NCBI GenBank assembly: GCA_035275265.1
Contig: DATENC010000017.1
Span: forward strand, 6,442 to 70,441
DNA: 64,000 nucleotides
Direction: 5' to 3'
DNA from: Burkholderiales bacterium
GTDB lineage: Bacteria; Pseudomonadota; Gammaproteobacteria; Burkholderiales; JACQAP01
Below the pieces are notes generated by a model that was given only the letters and a program-made list of their open reading frames with translations, was not told the DNA's origin and did no database searches. The position numbers and the translations under genes are program-made. Shown in pieces: positions 49,674 to 59,030 of this stretch. Positions within the stretch are counted from its first letter, which is position 1; every line of letters starts with the position of its first letter.

Positions 49674-50813
49674 TCAAATTGCGGTCGCGTGGGTCGCCAT
49701 CAAAATATAACCGCTGCGATACCACCGGTAAAGTACTTCCGCGGTCGCGCCCGATCGCGGAACCTTGCGGCCGCTCAGCAGGCGTGTATCCGCGAGCGCT
49801 CGCAACGGCCGCGCCTGTCTGGCGTCGATCGCAAGCGACTCTCCATTGATGAATAGCCTGGACCCGGTGTAGAGCATCTGCGTGGGCAACGCCAGTTCCA
49901 GCCCACGGCTGCGCGCACCACGCAGGAACGCTTTCAGCGCAAGCGGACTGCGCGGCGGCGAGAACAGGACGTGCGGCTTTGGCTCGGTCAGGTAGGTGCC
50001 AAGAAAATCGACGACATCGCCACGGTCCCAGCGAATGCTTCCGAGCGTGCGCTGTACCTGCGCGACCATCGATGCACCGATTCGCGCGGGATTAGCTTGC
50101 GTTGCCAGGCCGGGGTCCCGATAGCGACCGGATGGATTCAGGTGTTCTTCCAGGAAAATCAGGAATTGCGACACCAGTTCCTGATGAGACGGCGCGCGAA
50201 ACCCGATCGAATATGTGAAGCAGGTATCGACCGCAACGCCCTGATGGGCAAATCCGGGTGGCAGATAGAGCATATCTCCCGGTCCGAGCACGCTCTCGCC
50301 CTGCGGCACAAAGCGCTTGAGGATTTTCAGCGGCGCATCGTCCAGCAGCATCAAGTCGTCCTGCCGGCCAACCTTCCAGAGTCGTTGCCCCGAACCTTGC
50401 AGCAGGAAAACGTCGTAAGAGTCGAAATGCGGCCCTACCCCGCCGCCGGGCGGCGCGTAACTCACCATCAGATCGTCCAGGCGGATATGAGGAATGAAAT
50501 CGAAGCGGGACAGGAGTTTCCGTGCGGCGGGGAGCACGAGATTCACTCCCTGGACCAGAAGTGTCCAGTTGCGCCGTGGCAGGCTGGAAAGGTACCTGCG
50601 GGCGAACGGGCCGTGTTCGACGGTCCAGCGCCGGCCTGCACGCAACACCAGCCGTGTTTCGCAATCGTCGCGACCGGCGAGTTCGACTAGATCGCGCCAA
50701 TCGACCACGCCCTCGAATCCCGGAATCGCGTTACGTACCAGCAACGGATTCTTCTGCCAATGGCGGCGCAGGAAGGACGAGGCAGACATGCCGCCGAGTA
50801 GTGGGATTTTCAC
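49674..50813 (-). CDS. roxA: JmjC/cupin 2OG oxygenase, RoxA/YcfD-like
   Basis: FLRRHWQKNPL, RLDDLMVSYA..GGVGPHFDSYDVFLLQ, DMLYLPP, SIGFRAP. Confidence 0.88.
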   Translation of the reverse strand: MKIPLLGGMSASSFLRRHWQKNPLLVRNAIPGFEGVVDWRDLVELAGRDDCETRLVLRAGRRWTVEHGPFARRYLSSLPRRNWTLLVQGVNLVLPAARKLLSRFDFIPHIRLDDLMVSYAPPGGGVGPHFDSYDVFLLQGSGQRLWKVGRQDDLMLLDDAPLKILKRFVPQGESVLGPGDMLYLPPGFAHQGVAVDTCFTYSIGFRAPSHQELVSQFLIFLEEHLNPSGRYRDPGLATQANPARIGASMVAQVQRTLGSIRWDRGDVVDFLGTYLTEPKPHVLFSPPRSPLALKAFLRGARSRGLELALPTQMLYTGSRLFINGESLAIDARQARPLRALADTRLLSGRKVPRSGATAEVLYRWYRSGYILMATHATAI

Positions 50814-50913
50814 GACGAGGATTCTATCTTTGTCGGTGAATCATCGTCGCGGCATTGACAATCGTATTTTTGAAATCGGTTAAAATCCGCCTTGTGCCTT
50901 ACCGGAGTTGCTT

Positions 50914-51378
50914 ATGCTGAAAGTCGGTCAATCCGCACCCACCTTCGATCTGCCCGACGCCGATTTGAACGTGGTGAGCCTCGATGGCTACAAGGGCACA
51001 AACGTGGTTCTGTATTTCTACCCGAAGGACGACACGCCGGGCTGCACCATCGAAGCCATAGATTTCAGCGAACTGCAGGATGCGTTCCTGGGTGTCGATA
51101 CCGTGGTGCTGGGGATTAGCATGGACGATTGCATGAGCCACGGTTCTTTTCGCGACAAGCACGGGCTGGCAGTCCAATTGCTGGCGGATGCCGAGGGCGA
51201 AGTCTGCGCGAAGTACGGCGTGCTGCACGATAAAGACGTGAACGGCAAGGGCAAAAAGCGCTGCATTGTCCGCTCCACCTTCGTGATCGACAAAAAGGGT
51301 TTCGTGCGCCATGCCCTCTATGGCGTCAACGCCCGCGGCCACGCTGCTGAAGTCCTGAACCTCGTCAAGGAGCTATAG
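50914..51378 (+). CDS. bcp: Peroxiredoxin BCP/PrxQ
   Basis: LYFYPKDDTPGCTIEA, RSTFVID. Confidence 0.92.
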   Translation: MLKVGQSAPTFDLPDADLNVVSLDGYKGTNVVLYFYPKDDTPGCTIEAIDFSELQDAFLGVDTVVLGISMDDCMSHGSFRDKHGLAVQLLADAEGEVCAKYGVLHDKDVNGKGKKRCIVRSTFVIDKKGFVRHALYGVNARGHAAEVLNLVKEL

Positions 51379-51383
51379 CAAGC

Positions 51384-51863
51384 ATGCAGATTGGCAAGGA
51401 CACTGTGGTGTCCCTCAACTATGAACTATTCGATACCGCGGGTACGATCGTCGAAAAAACTCAGGCCCCGATTACTTATCTACACGGGGGCTACGACGGC
51501 ATTTTCCCGATGGTGGAAAGCGCGCTGCATGGCAAGGGCGTTGGCGATACCTGCGAGGTCCGCCTCGAGCCGGATGAGGCGTTTGGCGAGTATGACGCGG
51601 GTATGGTTCGCGTCGAACCGCGCAAACTGTTCCCGGAAAACATCACGGTGGGTATGCAGTTCGAAGGCGCCGTGGAAGACTCCGACCGGTACAAGCTCTA
51701 TACGGTTACCGAGATAGCCGACGACAAAGTGGTGGTAGACGGCAACCATCCGCTGGCAGGGCAGACGCTGGTATTTTCCTGCACCGTGACCGAAGTACGC
51801 GCCGCGACCGACGAAGAACTGCACCACGGCCACGTACATGGTCCCGAGGGGCACCACCATTAG
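51384..51863 (+). CDS. slyD: FKBP-type PPIase SlyD
   Basis: YLHGG, VDGNHPLAG, His-rich C-terminus. Confidence 0.92.
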   Translation: MQIGKDTVVSLNYELFDTAGTIVEKTQAPITYLHGGYDGIFPMVESALHGKGVGDTCEVRLEPDEAFGEYDAGMVRVEPRKLFPENITVGMQFEGAVEDSDRYKLYTVTEIADDKVVVDGNHPLAGQTLVFSCTVTEVRAATDEELHHGHVHGPEGHHH

Positions 51864-51883
51864 CCAATCAAAAATGCTTGCTG

Positions 51884-52693
51884 TTAGTTCCCGCGCTTGC
51901 CGGTGAGGATGTGGATCATCGGCTCGTAAGCGCTCTCCTGTGAGAAACGCCAACTGGCGACGATCAGTGCTGCCAGGGTAAAACCGGCGAGCACTGCAAG
52001 ATCCATCGCAAGCGGGAAATCCGCCCCCATGCCGGATGACAGAACGCCGAGCGTGGCGTGCTTCAGCAGGTCGACGCCGTAAGTGTAGGGGTTGGCCAAT
52101 GCCACCACCTTGAGCAGCGCCGGCAACTGGTTCACCGGGTAGAGCGAGCCGGACAGGAAAAACACCGGGAAGATCACGAAATTCATTATTGCTGCGAAGT
52201 TGTCGAGTGTCCTGGTGAACGCGGCCACCAGCATTCCGATTCCCGCGCACGCCAGCGACGTTGCTATCAACCCGATCGCCAGGATGCCGAACCGCGTTTC
52301 CTGTCCCACGTATCCAAGCAAAGCGAGCACGACCAGCAGCAGCAGCGCTTGGAGGATCGCCGCCAGCGCCGCAGCCAGCATTTTGCCGATGACGATCCAG
52401 TAGTGTGCAAACGGCGCGACGATCAACATGCGCATCACGCCGGATTCTTTGTCGTACACGACCGTTAGCGCCGCCAGCATCGCGCCGAACAACATGGTCA
52501 TGCCCAGCACGCCCGGAACCAGGAACTGCTGGTAACTCAGACCGCTCGCCTGGCCGAGCACGGCACCAAACCCGGCTCCGATCACGAACAGCCAGATCAG
52601 CGGCCGTACCATTGCTGCAACCAGTCTGGTGCGCTGGCGGAACATGCGCACCACTTCGCGCTCCAGCACCGCATAGACAGGCCTCCAGGGCAT
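51884..52693 (-). CDS. ABC-2 type permease, PedC-like
   Basis: LEREVVRMFRQRTRLVAAMVRPLIWLF, FLVPGVLGM, FFLSGSLYP, NPYTYGVD. Confidence 0.82.
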   Translation of the reverse strand: MPWRPVYAVLEREVVRMFRQRTRLVAAMVRPLIWLFVIGAGFGAVLGQASGLSYQQFLVPGVLGMTMLFGAMLAALTVVYDKESGVMRMLIVAPFAHYWIVIGKMLAAALAAILQALLLLVVLALLGYVGQETRFGILAIGLIATSLACAGIGMLVAAFTRTLDNFAAIMNFVIFPVFFLSGSLYPVNQLPALLKVVALANPYTYGVDLLKHATLGVLSSGMGADFPLAMDLAVLAGFTLAALIVASWRFSQESAYEPMIHILTGKRGN

Positions 52694-52695
52694 CT

Positions 52696-53628
52696 TCAGA
52701 TCTTCCCTTCTGCGATCCACAGAAACACATCGTTCAGGTTCGGCCGGCGCCAGCGCAGCGCCTTGATTTGCGCGCCCAGTTCTCCCTGCAGCCGTGCCAG
52801 GGGCGTCACATCCTCTTCCGGGTATCGAAACTGTGCGACTTCGCCATCTCTGAGACAAGGGCCCAACTTCGAGGCAAGCCGTTTGGAAAGCGCGTCGATG
52901 TCCCGGCCTTCGATCTCCACGATATGCCTACCCAGGCTTTCGACCAGTTGCTGCGGCGGACCGGATTGCACGAGCTTGCCGCTCTTGATGAATGCCACGC
53001 GATCGCAACTATCGGCTTCCTCAAGATAGTGCGTGGTAAGCAAGACGGTCATTCCGGTGCGGGCGCGCAGCCTGTCGATGAAACGCCAGATGTTGCGCCG
53101 GTTGGGCAGGTCGAGGCCGATGGTGGGTTCGTCGAGGAACAGGATGCTGGGGTGGTGGATCATTCCGCGCAAGATGTCGAGCGCACGGCGCATGCCGCCC
53201 GAGAGGGACCCCACGGGCCGATTGCTCTTGTCGGCTAGGCCGAACAATTCGAGCAACTCCGCGGAACGCTCGCGGATGACCGCTGGCGTCAGGTTGTAGA
53301 GAAGGCCGGCAAATCGCAGATTTTCCGCAATGGTGAGCGAGCGATCCAGCGCCGAGTCCTGGAAGACCAGTCCGATTGCGGCGCGGACCTTCACTGCCTG
53401 CTCAACCACATCATGGCCGGCGACGCGGGCCGTTCCGCTGCTGGGGCGGATCAGCGTCGCCAGCATATGGATGGTGGAAGTCTTGCCCGAGCCGTTTGGA
53501 CCGAGCAATCCGAAGAACTGGCCTGAGGGAATGTCGAGATCGAGACCGTCGACCGCGACCAGCTGGCCGTAGCGCTTCACGAGCCCGCTGGCGCGCACGG
53601 CGAGCAGCGAGTCAGCCGCCTGATTCAT
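52696..53628 (-). CDS. ABC transporter ATP-binding protein, PedB-like
   Basis: GPNGSGKT, LSGGMRR, ILFLDEPT, LTTHY. Confidence 0.88.
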   Translation of the reverse strand: MNQAADSLLAVRASGLVKRYGQLVAVDGLDLDIPSGQFFGLLGPNGSGKTSTIHMLATLIRPSSGTARVAGHDVVEQAVKVRAAIGLVFQDSALDRSLTIAENLRFAGLLYNLTPAVIRERSAELLELFGLADKSNRPVGSLSGGMRRALDILRGMIHHPSILFLDEPTIGLDLPNRRNIWRFIDRLRARTGMTVLLTTHYLEEADSCDRVAFIKSGKLVQSGPPQQLVESLGRHIVEIEGRDIDALSKRLASKLGPCLRDGEVAQFRYPEEDVTPLARLQGELGAQIKALRWRRPNLNDVFLWIAEGKI

Positions 53629-53644
53629 GAAACAGAAGTTTCTA

Positions 53645-54790
53645 TCAGGCCGGCGTTTTACTCAAGGCACGCGAATTCTTGTCGTCGCGGAACAGGATCG
53701 GCTTCACCTCGACCGCTGGCGCCGGTTTCTGCGCCTTGTCCACTGCGTCGGTCACCAGGTGATGATGAGGGGACAGGTCGCATACCGGATCGGCATTGGT
53801 GGCATCGCCGGTGAGCATGTAGGCCTGGCAGCGGCAGCCGCCAAAATCCTTGGCCTTTTCCGGACAGGTTCGACACGGCTCCTTCATCCACGCATCGCCA
53901 CGGAAGGCATTGAAGCCGGGGGAGTCGTACCAGATCGAGCGCAGGTCGTGGTCGCGCACGCTGGGGAAGGTCAGGCCCGGTAGCTGGCGTGCTTCGTGAC
54001 AAGGCAGCGCGAGCCCATCGGCGGTGATGGTGAGGAAAACCGAGCCCCAGCCGTTCATGCACGCTTTCGGGCGGTTTTCGTAGTAATCCGGAACCACGAA
54101 GAAAATCCGCATCTTGTTGCCGACGCGTTCGCGAAATTTGTTCGTGACTTCCTCGGCCCGCTGCAATTGTTCGCGGGTCGGGAGCAGTTGATTCCGGTTC
54201 ACGTAAGCCCACCCATAGTACTGGGTGTTGGCGAGCTCCACGTACTCCGCCTCCATCGCCTCCGCCATCTCCAGGATCTGTTGCACATGGTCGATGTTGT
54301 GCCGGTGAAGCACGCAGTTCAGCACCATGGGGTAGTCGTGTTTCTTGATCAGCTTTGCCACTTTCTGCTTGAGATCGAAAGTGCGCGTGCTCGACAGAAA
54401 ATCGTTCAGTTCCTTGGTCGAGTCCTGGAAGGAGAGCTGGATGTGATCCAGGCCACCCTCCTTGAAAGCGCTGATGCGTTTTTCGTTGAGCCCAACGCCG
54501 GAAGTGATCAGGTTGGAGTAGTAGCCGAGCTTGCGTGCTTCCGCGACCATGATCTCGAGGTCATCGCGCACGAGCGGCTCGCCGCCGGAAAAGCCCAGTT
54601 GCGTTGCGCCGATTTCACGGCCTTGGCGCAGCACTCGCAACCAGTCTTCCGTCGAGAGCTCCTGGCCGTAAGACGTGTAGTCCACCGGGTTGTAGCAGAA
54701 CACGCAGTGCAAAGGGCACTTGTACGTGATCTCCGCCAGCAGCCAGAGCGGGCTACCCGGTTTGTTTGGGGCGGATCCAGCCTTTTCCAT
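53645..54790 (-). CDS. pqqE: PQQ biosynthesis radical SAM enzyme
   Basis: EITYKCPLHCVFCYNP, SGGEP, YVELANTQYYGWA, CMNGWG, DFGGCRCQA. Confidence 0.98.
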   Translation of the reverse strand: MEKAGSAPNKPGSPLWLLAEITYKCPLHCVFCYNPVDYTSYGQELSTEDWLRVLRQGREIGATQLGFSGGEPLVRDDLEIMVAEARKLGYYSNLITSGVGLNEKRISAFKEGGLDHIQLSFQDSTKELNDFLSSTRTFDLKQKVAKLIKKHDYPMVLNCVLHRHNIDHVQQILEMAEAMEAEYVELANTQYYGWAYVNRNQLLPTREQLQRAEEVTNKFRERVGNKMRIFFVVPDYYENRPKACMNGWGSVFLTITADGLALPCHEARQLPGLTFPSVRDHDLRSIWYDSPGFNAFRGDAWMKEPCRTCPEKAKDFGGCRCQAYMLTGDATNADPVCDLSPHHHLVTDAVDKAQKPAPAVEVKPILFRDDKNSRALSKTPA

Positions 54791-55046
54791 GTACGTGCTC
54801 CAGAAAACCGATGACGTCCCCTCTCAGGTCCGTACCGGGAAATGCGTTATGCAAATCTTCGACGATTGCGCGCACGCTGGATTTGCCGTCGATTCGCTTC
54901 ATGATTTCTCCGGCGCTGCCCGGCAACTTGACCATGCCTTCCGGATAGAGCAGGACGAAACCCTGTTGTGCCGGCTCCCATTGGAAACGGAAATGGCGCT
55001 GAAGTTCGAAAACAGTATCGTCCGTGAATGTCGCGGCATCAGACAT
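54753..55046 (-). CDS. pqqD: PQQ peptide chaperone
   Basis: [22 protein letters not shown]. Confidence 0.95.
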   Translation of the reverse strand: MSDAATFTDDTVFELQRHFRFQWEPAQQGFVLLYPEGMVKLPGSAGEIMKRIDGKSSVRAIVEDLHNAFPGTDLRGDVIGFLEHVHGKGWIRPKQTG

Positions 55047-55758
55047 ATCGGGTCTCGCCGATCCCGTAGTTGATCTGCATCGAGTCGAGCATGCTCCACA
55101 GCACGTCGAGCTTGAACTGCAAGATACCCAGTGCACGTTCCTGTTCTTCGCGGGTCTTGAAATAGTCGAGCGTCACCTTGAGTCCGTGCTCGACGTCGCG
55201 GCGCGCTTCCGACAGGCGCTTGCGGAAATAGGCATAGCCCTCGGGCTCGATCCAGGGATAGTGCTGCGGCCAGTTCTCAAGGCGCTTCTTGTGGATCTCG
55301 GGCGCAAACAATTCCGTCAGCGACGAACACGCGGCCTCCTGCCATGGCGCGCGCCGGGCGAAGTTGACGTAGGCGTCCACCGCGAAGCGCACGCCGGGCA
55401 GCACGTGCCTGAGCGAAGTAATCTCTTCGCGTTTTAGCCCGCATGCCTCGCCCAGGCGCAGCCATGCTTCGATGCCACCTTCCTGTCCCTCGACGCCGTC
55501 GTGATCGATGATGCGCTGAATCCACTTGCGGCGTTGTTCGCGGTCCGTCATGTTGGAGAGCACCGCTGCATCCTTGATCGGGATGCTGATCTGGTAGTAG
55601 AAGCGGTTATAAACCCAGCCCTGCACCTGCTCCCGGGTGAACTTGCCGCTGTTCATCGCGATGTGGAACGGGTGATGAATGTGGTAGCGGTTGCCCTTGG
55701 CGCGCAATTGCCTTTCGAACTCGTCTTTGCTCCACGGCAGATTTTCGGCTGCGCCCAT
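55039..55758 (-). CDS. pqqC: Pyrroloquinoline-quinone synthase
   Basis: [45 protein letters not shown]. Confidence 0.98.
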   Translation of the reverse strand: MGAAENLPWSKDEFERQLRAKGNRYHIHHPFHIAMNSGKFTREQVQGWVYNRFYYQISIPIKDAAVLSNMTDREQRRKWIQRIIDHDGVEGQEGGIEAWLRLGEACGLKREEITSLRHVLPGVRFAVDAYVNFARRAPWQEAACSSLTELFAPEIHKKRLENWPQHYPWIEPEGYAYFRKRLSEARRDVEHGLKVTLDYFKTREEQERALGILQFKLDVLWSMLDSMQINYGIGETRYV

Positions 55759-55770
55759 GCAGGCTCCAGT

Positions 55771-56685
55771 TCAGAGTGTGACGTCCATTCCGTCGTACGC
55801 CACCTCGATCCGGCGGGAGTCCAGTTCCTTACGCTCCTTTGAGTCTTCGTCGAGGATGGGGTTGGTGTTGTTGATATGGATCAGTATTTTGCGTGACGCC
55901 TTGAGCGGTTCAAGTACTTCCATCATGCCCCCGGCACCCGACTGCGGCAGATGGCCGATGTCGCGTGCATGTTTTTTCGAGATACCGAGTTTGATCATCT
56001 CGTCGTCGGTCCAGAATGTCCCGTCCACCATCAGGCAATCCGCCTCCTCGAGTAGCGGCCGCAAGTGCGGCTCACTGGCGCCAAGTCCGGGAGCATAAAA
56101 AAGCACCTTGCCGGAGCGCTTGTCCCTGATGCGCATGCCGATGTTATCCCCCTCGTGCGGGTTGTCACGGTGCGGCGAATAGGGCGGTGCTTTGCTGCTC
56201 AGGGGTACGGCCGTAAAAGTGAGTTGTTCCGCACCTATTACCGGGAACTCGTTGCCGGGACTGGTGGGTACTTGGTGCCAGTGTACGCCGCAATAGTGTT
56301 CGAGGATGTTGAACAGCGGATTGCCGGTGGTCAGGTCCTCGCGTGCCATGCCGGTACAGTAGATTTCCAGCGGCTTGCCTTCGCGTAGCATCAGCAATCC
56401 GGTGGTGTGGTCGATCTGCGCATCCATCAGCACTATCGATCGGATCGCTGTGTCGCGAATCGCCCGTGCTGGCTGCAATTCCGGAAACGCCTTCAATTGC
56501 GCCAACAGGTCGGGCGAAGCGTTGAACAGCACCCAGTTGATATTGTCGGCACTGACGGCGATTGAGGACTGGGTCCGAGCTTTTGCCCGAACAGTGCCCT
56601 TGCGCACGCCGTCGCACATACGGCAGTTGCAGTTCCACTGCGGAAAGCCTCCGCCCGCCGCGGCCCCAAGAACCTTTATTCGCAT
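55771..56685 (-). CDS. pqqB: PQQ biosynthesis protein B
   Basis: [45 protein letters not shown]. Confidence 0.98.
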   Translation of the reverse strand: MRIKVLGAAAGGGFPQWNCNCRMCDGVRKGTVRAKARTQSSIAVSADNINWVLFNASPDLLAQLKAFPELQPARAIRDTAIRSIVLMDAQIDHTTGLLMLREGKPLEIYCTGMAREDLTTGNPLFNILEHYCGVHWHQVPTSPGNEFPVIGAEQLTFTAVPLSSKAPPYSPHRDNPHEGDNIGMRIRDKRSGKVLFYAPGLGASEPHLRPLLEEADCLMVDGTFWTDDEMIKLGISKKHARDIGHLPQSGAGGMMEVLEPLKASRKILIHINNTNPILDEDSKERKELDSRRIEVAYDGMDVTL

Positions 56686-56718
56686 TGTCCGTCAAAATTA
56701 TCGTGTTATGGCCGGCAC

Positions 56719-56750
56719 AAAAAACGAAAGCCCCGCGAAGGGGCTTTCGT
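56719..56750 (-). terminator. Intrinsic terminator/attenuator between pqqA and pqqB
   Basis: 11-bp stem ACGAAAGCCCC/GGGGCTTTCGT, 5-nt loop, followed on the minus strand by a T run. Confidence 0.8.
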
Positions 56751-56767
56751 CCAAGCCCAACCCGGAA

Positions 56768-56839
56768 TTAGCGGTTGGCAATGTACATCGTGACTTCAAA
56801 GCCGAAACGCATTTCGGTGTACTCAGGCTTGCTCCACAT
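56768..56839 (-). CDS. pqqA: PQQ precursor peptide, copy 1 ([23 protein letters not shown])
   Basis: 23 aa, E-x3-Y core, GGAGA RBS, upstream of pqqB. Confidence 0.97.
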   Translation of the reverse strand: MWSKPEYTEMRFGFEVTMYIANR

Positions 56840-57006
56840 AGTCTTCTCCAAGTTTGAGGTTGAATTTCGCGGGAAAGGCCCGCTCTTTGCCGAATCATCC
56901 GACACTGGCCGCGCCCAGAACGCTGCGCAAAACCGGTATCCGACGAGTCCGCAGGCATTGTGCGCGTAGGCGGTACGAATCCGCACACGAAAATCAGCAT
57001 TTGACT

Positions 57007-57023
57007 CTCATGATTATCATGAG
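57007..57023. promoter_or_regulatory. Candidate operator: perfect palindrome CTCATGAT-N-ATCATGAG
   Basis: 8-1-8 inverted repeat in the AT-rich pqqA/tonB divergent gap; 15/17 copy at 61506-61522. Confidence 0.6.
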
Positions 57024-57073
57024 TTTTACAATGAATCTTTACTTGGCTCAAGGCCTTGCACTACGCTCTAAGC

Positions 57074-58027
57074 ATGTCTGACACCGCACTCGACAGAGGG
57101 TTTTATTTTGCTTTGCCAATGACCGATTGGTACCGCGATCGGCCCTTCAGGGTGGCCTTCGTGGCGTCGCTGCTTATACATGCGGCCCTTATCGCGCTGA
57201 TTCCTGGTTTTCGTGCGGTGGTGTTCGAGCCCTCCAAGGTTCTTGACGTCGAAATCATTGTTCCTGAGCCACCGCCGGCGCCGACGACGACGGAGAGAAG
57301 CCTGCCACCTCCGCAGCGAATAGTCGAAGAAACTCCATTGCAACCGGAACCGAAAGTCGAGCCGCCCCCGGAGCCACTATTGCGGCAGCCGGAACCCGAG
57401 CCTCCACCGATTCCGCGAGCGGAGATCGCGCCGCCGCCCGCACCAGTGGTAGTGCCAAAGGCGGAACCGCGGATCGAGCCGAAAAGCGAAATCACGCCAG
57501 AGCCCAAAATCGAGCCGCGACCTGAACCGCCGCCGGTTGCGCGCGTGGAACCGTTGCCCGAACCCCGCACGGAAATACTGCCCGACCAGCAACCTGTTCC
57601 CCGAGTGGAGCCGCCTCCGCCCGTCGAGCAGGCAACGGTTCCACCTGCACCGGTCGTTGCCACCCCGGTGCCTCCCCCCGCACCCCCGCAGCCGGTGGCG
57701 CGGAAGAAAGAGCCCGATAGGGCCGTGGAGCCCCGACTGCTGCTGACGTACGGCCTGTCGATCTCAAATGAAATCAAGCGTTATCAGAAATATCCGCCGA
57801 TGGCGCAACGCAAGGGCTGGGAGGGCACTGCGGAGGTGCTTCTGCAGATTGACGCGGATGGTAAAGTCACCAGAATTACACTGGGCAAGAGCAGCGGACG
57901 ATCGGTTCTCGACGAAGAAGCGCTCAACATGGTGCGCAAGGCTTCGCCACTGCCGCCGGCGCCGCAAGACCTGCGTGGCCGCGAACTTACCGTGACCGTG
58001 CCGATCGTCTTCAAATTGCAATCCTGA
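57074..58027 (+). CDS. tonB: Energy transducer TonB (start 57074 or 57119)
   Basis: TM anchor SLLIHAAL, long Pro/Glu-rich linker, YPPMAQRKGWEG...SSGRSVLDEEAL...VPIVFKL. Confidence 0.9.
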   Translation: MSDTALDRGFYFALPMTDWYRDRPFRVAFVASLLIHAALIALIPGFRAVVFEPSKVLDVEIIVPEPPPAPTTTERSLPPPQRIVEETPLQPEPKVEPPPEPLLRQPEPEPPPIPRAEIAPPPAPVVVPKAEPRIEPKSEITPEPKIEPRPEPPPVARVEPLPEPRTEILPDQQPVPRVEPPPPVEQATVPPAPVVATPVPPPAPPQPVARKKEPDRAVEPRLLLTYGLSISNEIKRYQKYPPMAQRKGWEGTAEVLLQIDADGKVTRITLGKSSGRSVLDEEALNMVRKASPLPPAPQDLRGRELTVTVPIVFKLQS

Positions 58028-58046
58028 ATCTCTTCGCTCGCCCGGC

Positions 58047-59030
58047 ATGGTCGTGGATCAGAACCAAGCCAGCGGCGAAGCCCTTTTTCCTCGTATTGAA
58101 CCCTACCGAAAAGATTGGCTTGATGTCGGTGGCGATCATCGCGTCTATTTCGAGGAAAGCGGCAATCCCGCGGGATTCCCCGTGTTGTTCGTCCACGGCG
58201 GCCCGGGAAGCCGGTCGCGCCCGGCGCATCGCCGTTTTTTCGACCCCTCCTTTTACCGCATCGTGTTGTTCGATCAGCGTGGATGCGGACAGAGCACGCC
58301 TTCCGGTTCAATTGTAGAAAACACCACCTCGCATCTGGTGGCCGACATCGAGCGATTGCGCCACTATCTGGGCGTGGATCGATGGCTGCTGTTCGGAGGC
58401 TCCTGGGGCAGTACACTGAGCCTGGCCTATGCAATTGCTCATGCGGACCGGGTTGCAGGGATGGTGTTGCGCGGCGTGTTTCTTGGCAGCGCCACGGAAA
58501 TCGAGTGGTACGTTTCCGGAATTCGGCGTTTTGTACCCGAGGCTTGGACGGAGTTTGCCCGCGATGCGGGCGAGTCCATCATCGAATACTATCGGCAACT
58601 AATCGATCACCCCGATGTGTCGATTGCGCTGGTGGCGGCCCGGCGCTGGTACGACTATGAAGCCAGGATCATGGCGATCGGGGAGGTCCCGAATGGCGGT
58701 GATGGCAGCGGCAATGTCGCGACGGCCGAGGAATTGCTGGCGAGTGCCAGAATCCAGCTCCATTTTCTGGCTCATCAGTGTTTTCTGCAGCCGAACCAGT
58801 TGCTTGATGATCTCTGGCGGATCGGCGAAAAACCGATAGCCCTGGTGCAAGGCAGAATGGATATGGTGTGCCCACCAATCAGTGCATTTGAGGTGTCGCG
58901 GCGGCTTGCCGGCGCGGAACTGCGTCTGGTAGCCAATGGCGGCCACTCCGCACTGCAGCCGGCGATCGCCGCGGAATTGTGCGCGGCGACCACACGCATG
59001 CGCGATCTTCTGGGCGGGTTCCGCCGATGA
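58047..59030 (+). CDS. pip: Proline iminopeptidase (S33)
   Basis: HGGPG, DQRGCG.STP, FGGSWGSTL, VQGRMDMVCP, GGHS. Confidence 0.92.
   Translation: MVVDQNQASGEALFPRIEPYRKDWLDVGGDHRVYFEESGNPAGFPVLFVHGGPGSRSRPAHRRFFDPSFYRIVLFDQRGCGQSTPSGSIVENTTSHLVADIERLRHYLGVDRWLLFGGSWGSTLSLAYAIAHADRVAGMVLRGVFLGSATEIEWYVSGIRRFVPEAWTEFARDAGESIIEYYRQLIDHPDVSIALVAARRWYDYEARIMAIGEVPNGGDGSGNVATAEELLASARIQLHFLAHQCFLQPNQLLDDLWRIGEKPIALVQGRMDMVCPPISAFEVSRRLAGAELRLVANGGHSALQPAIAAELCAATTRMRDLLGGFRR

Noticed and set aside
50855-50886. Sigma-70 promoter TTGACA...TAAAAT upstream of bcp
   Set aside because: The spacer is 20 nt, too long for a canonical promoter; not listed as a feature.
57260-57700. Repetitive sequence in tonB
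   Set aside because: This is the ordinary Pro/Glu-rich periplasmic linker of TonB, not a DNA repeat element.
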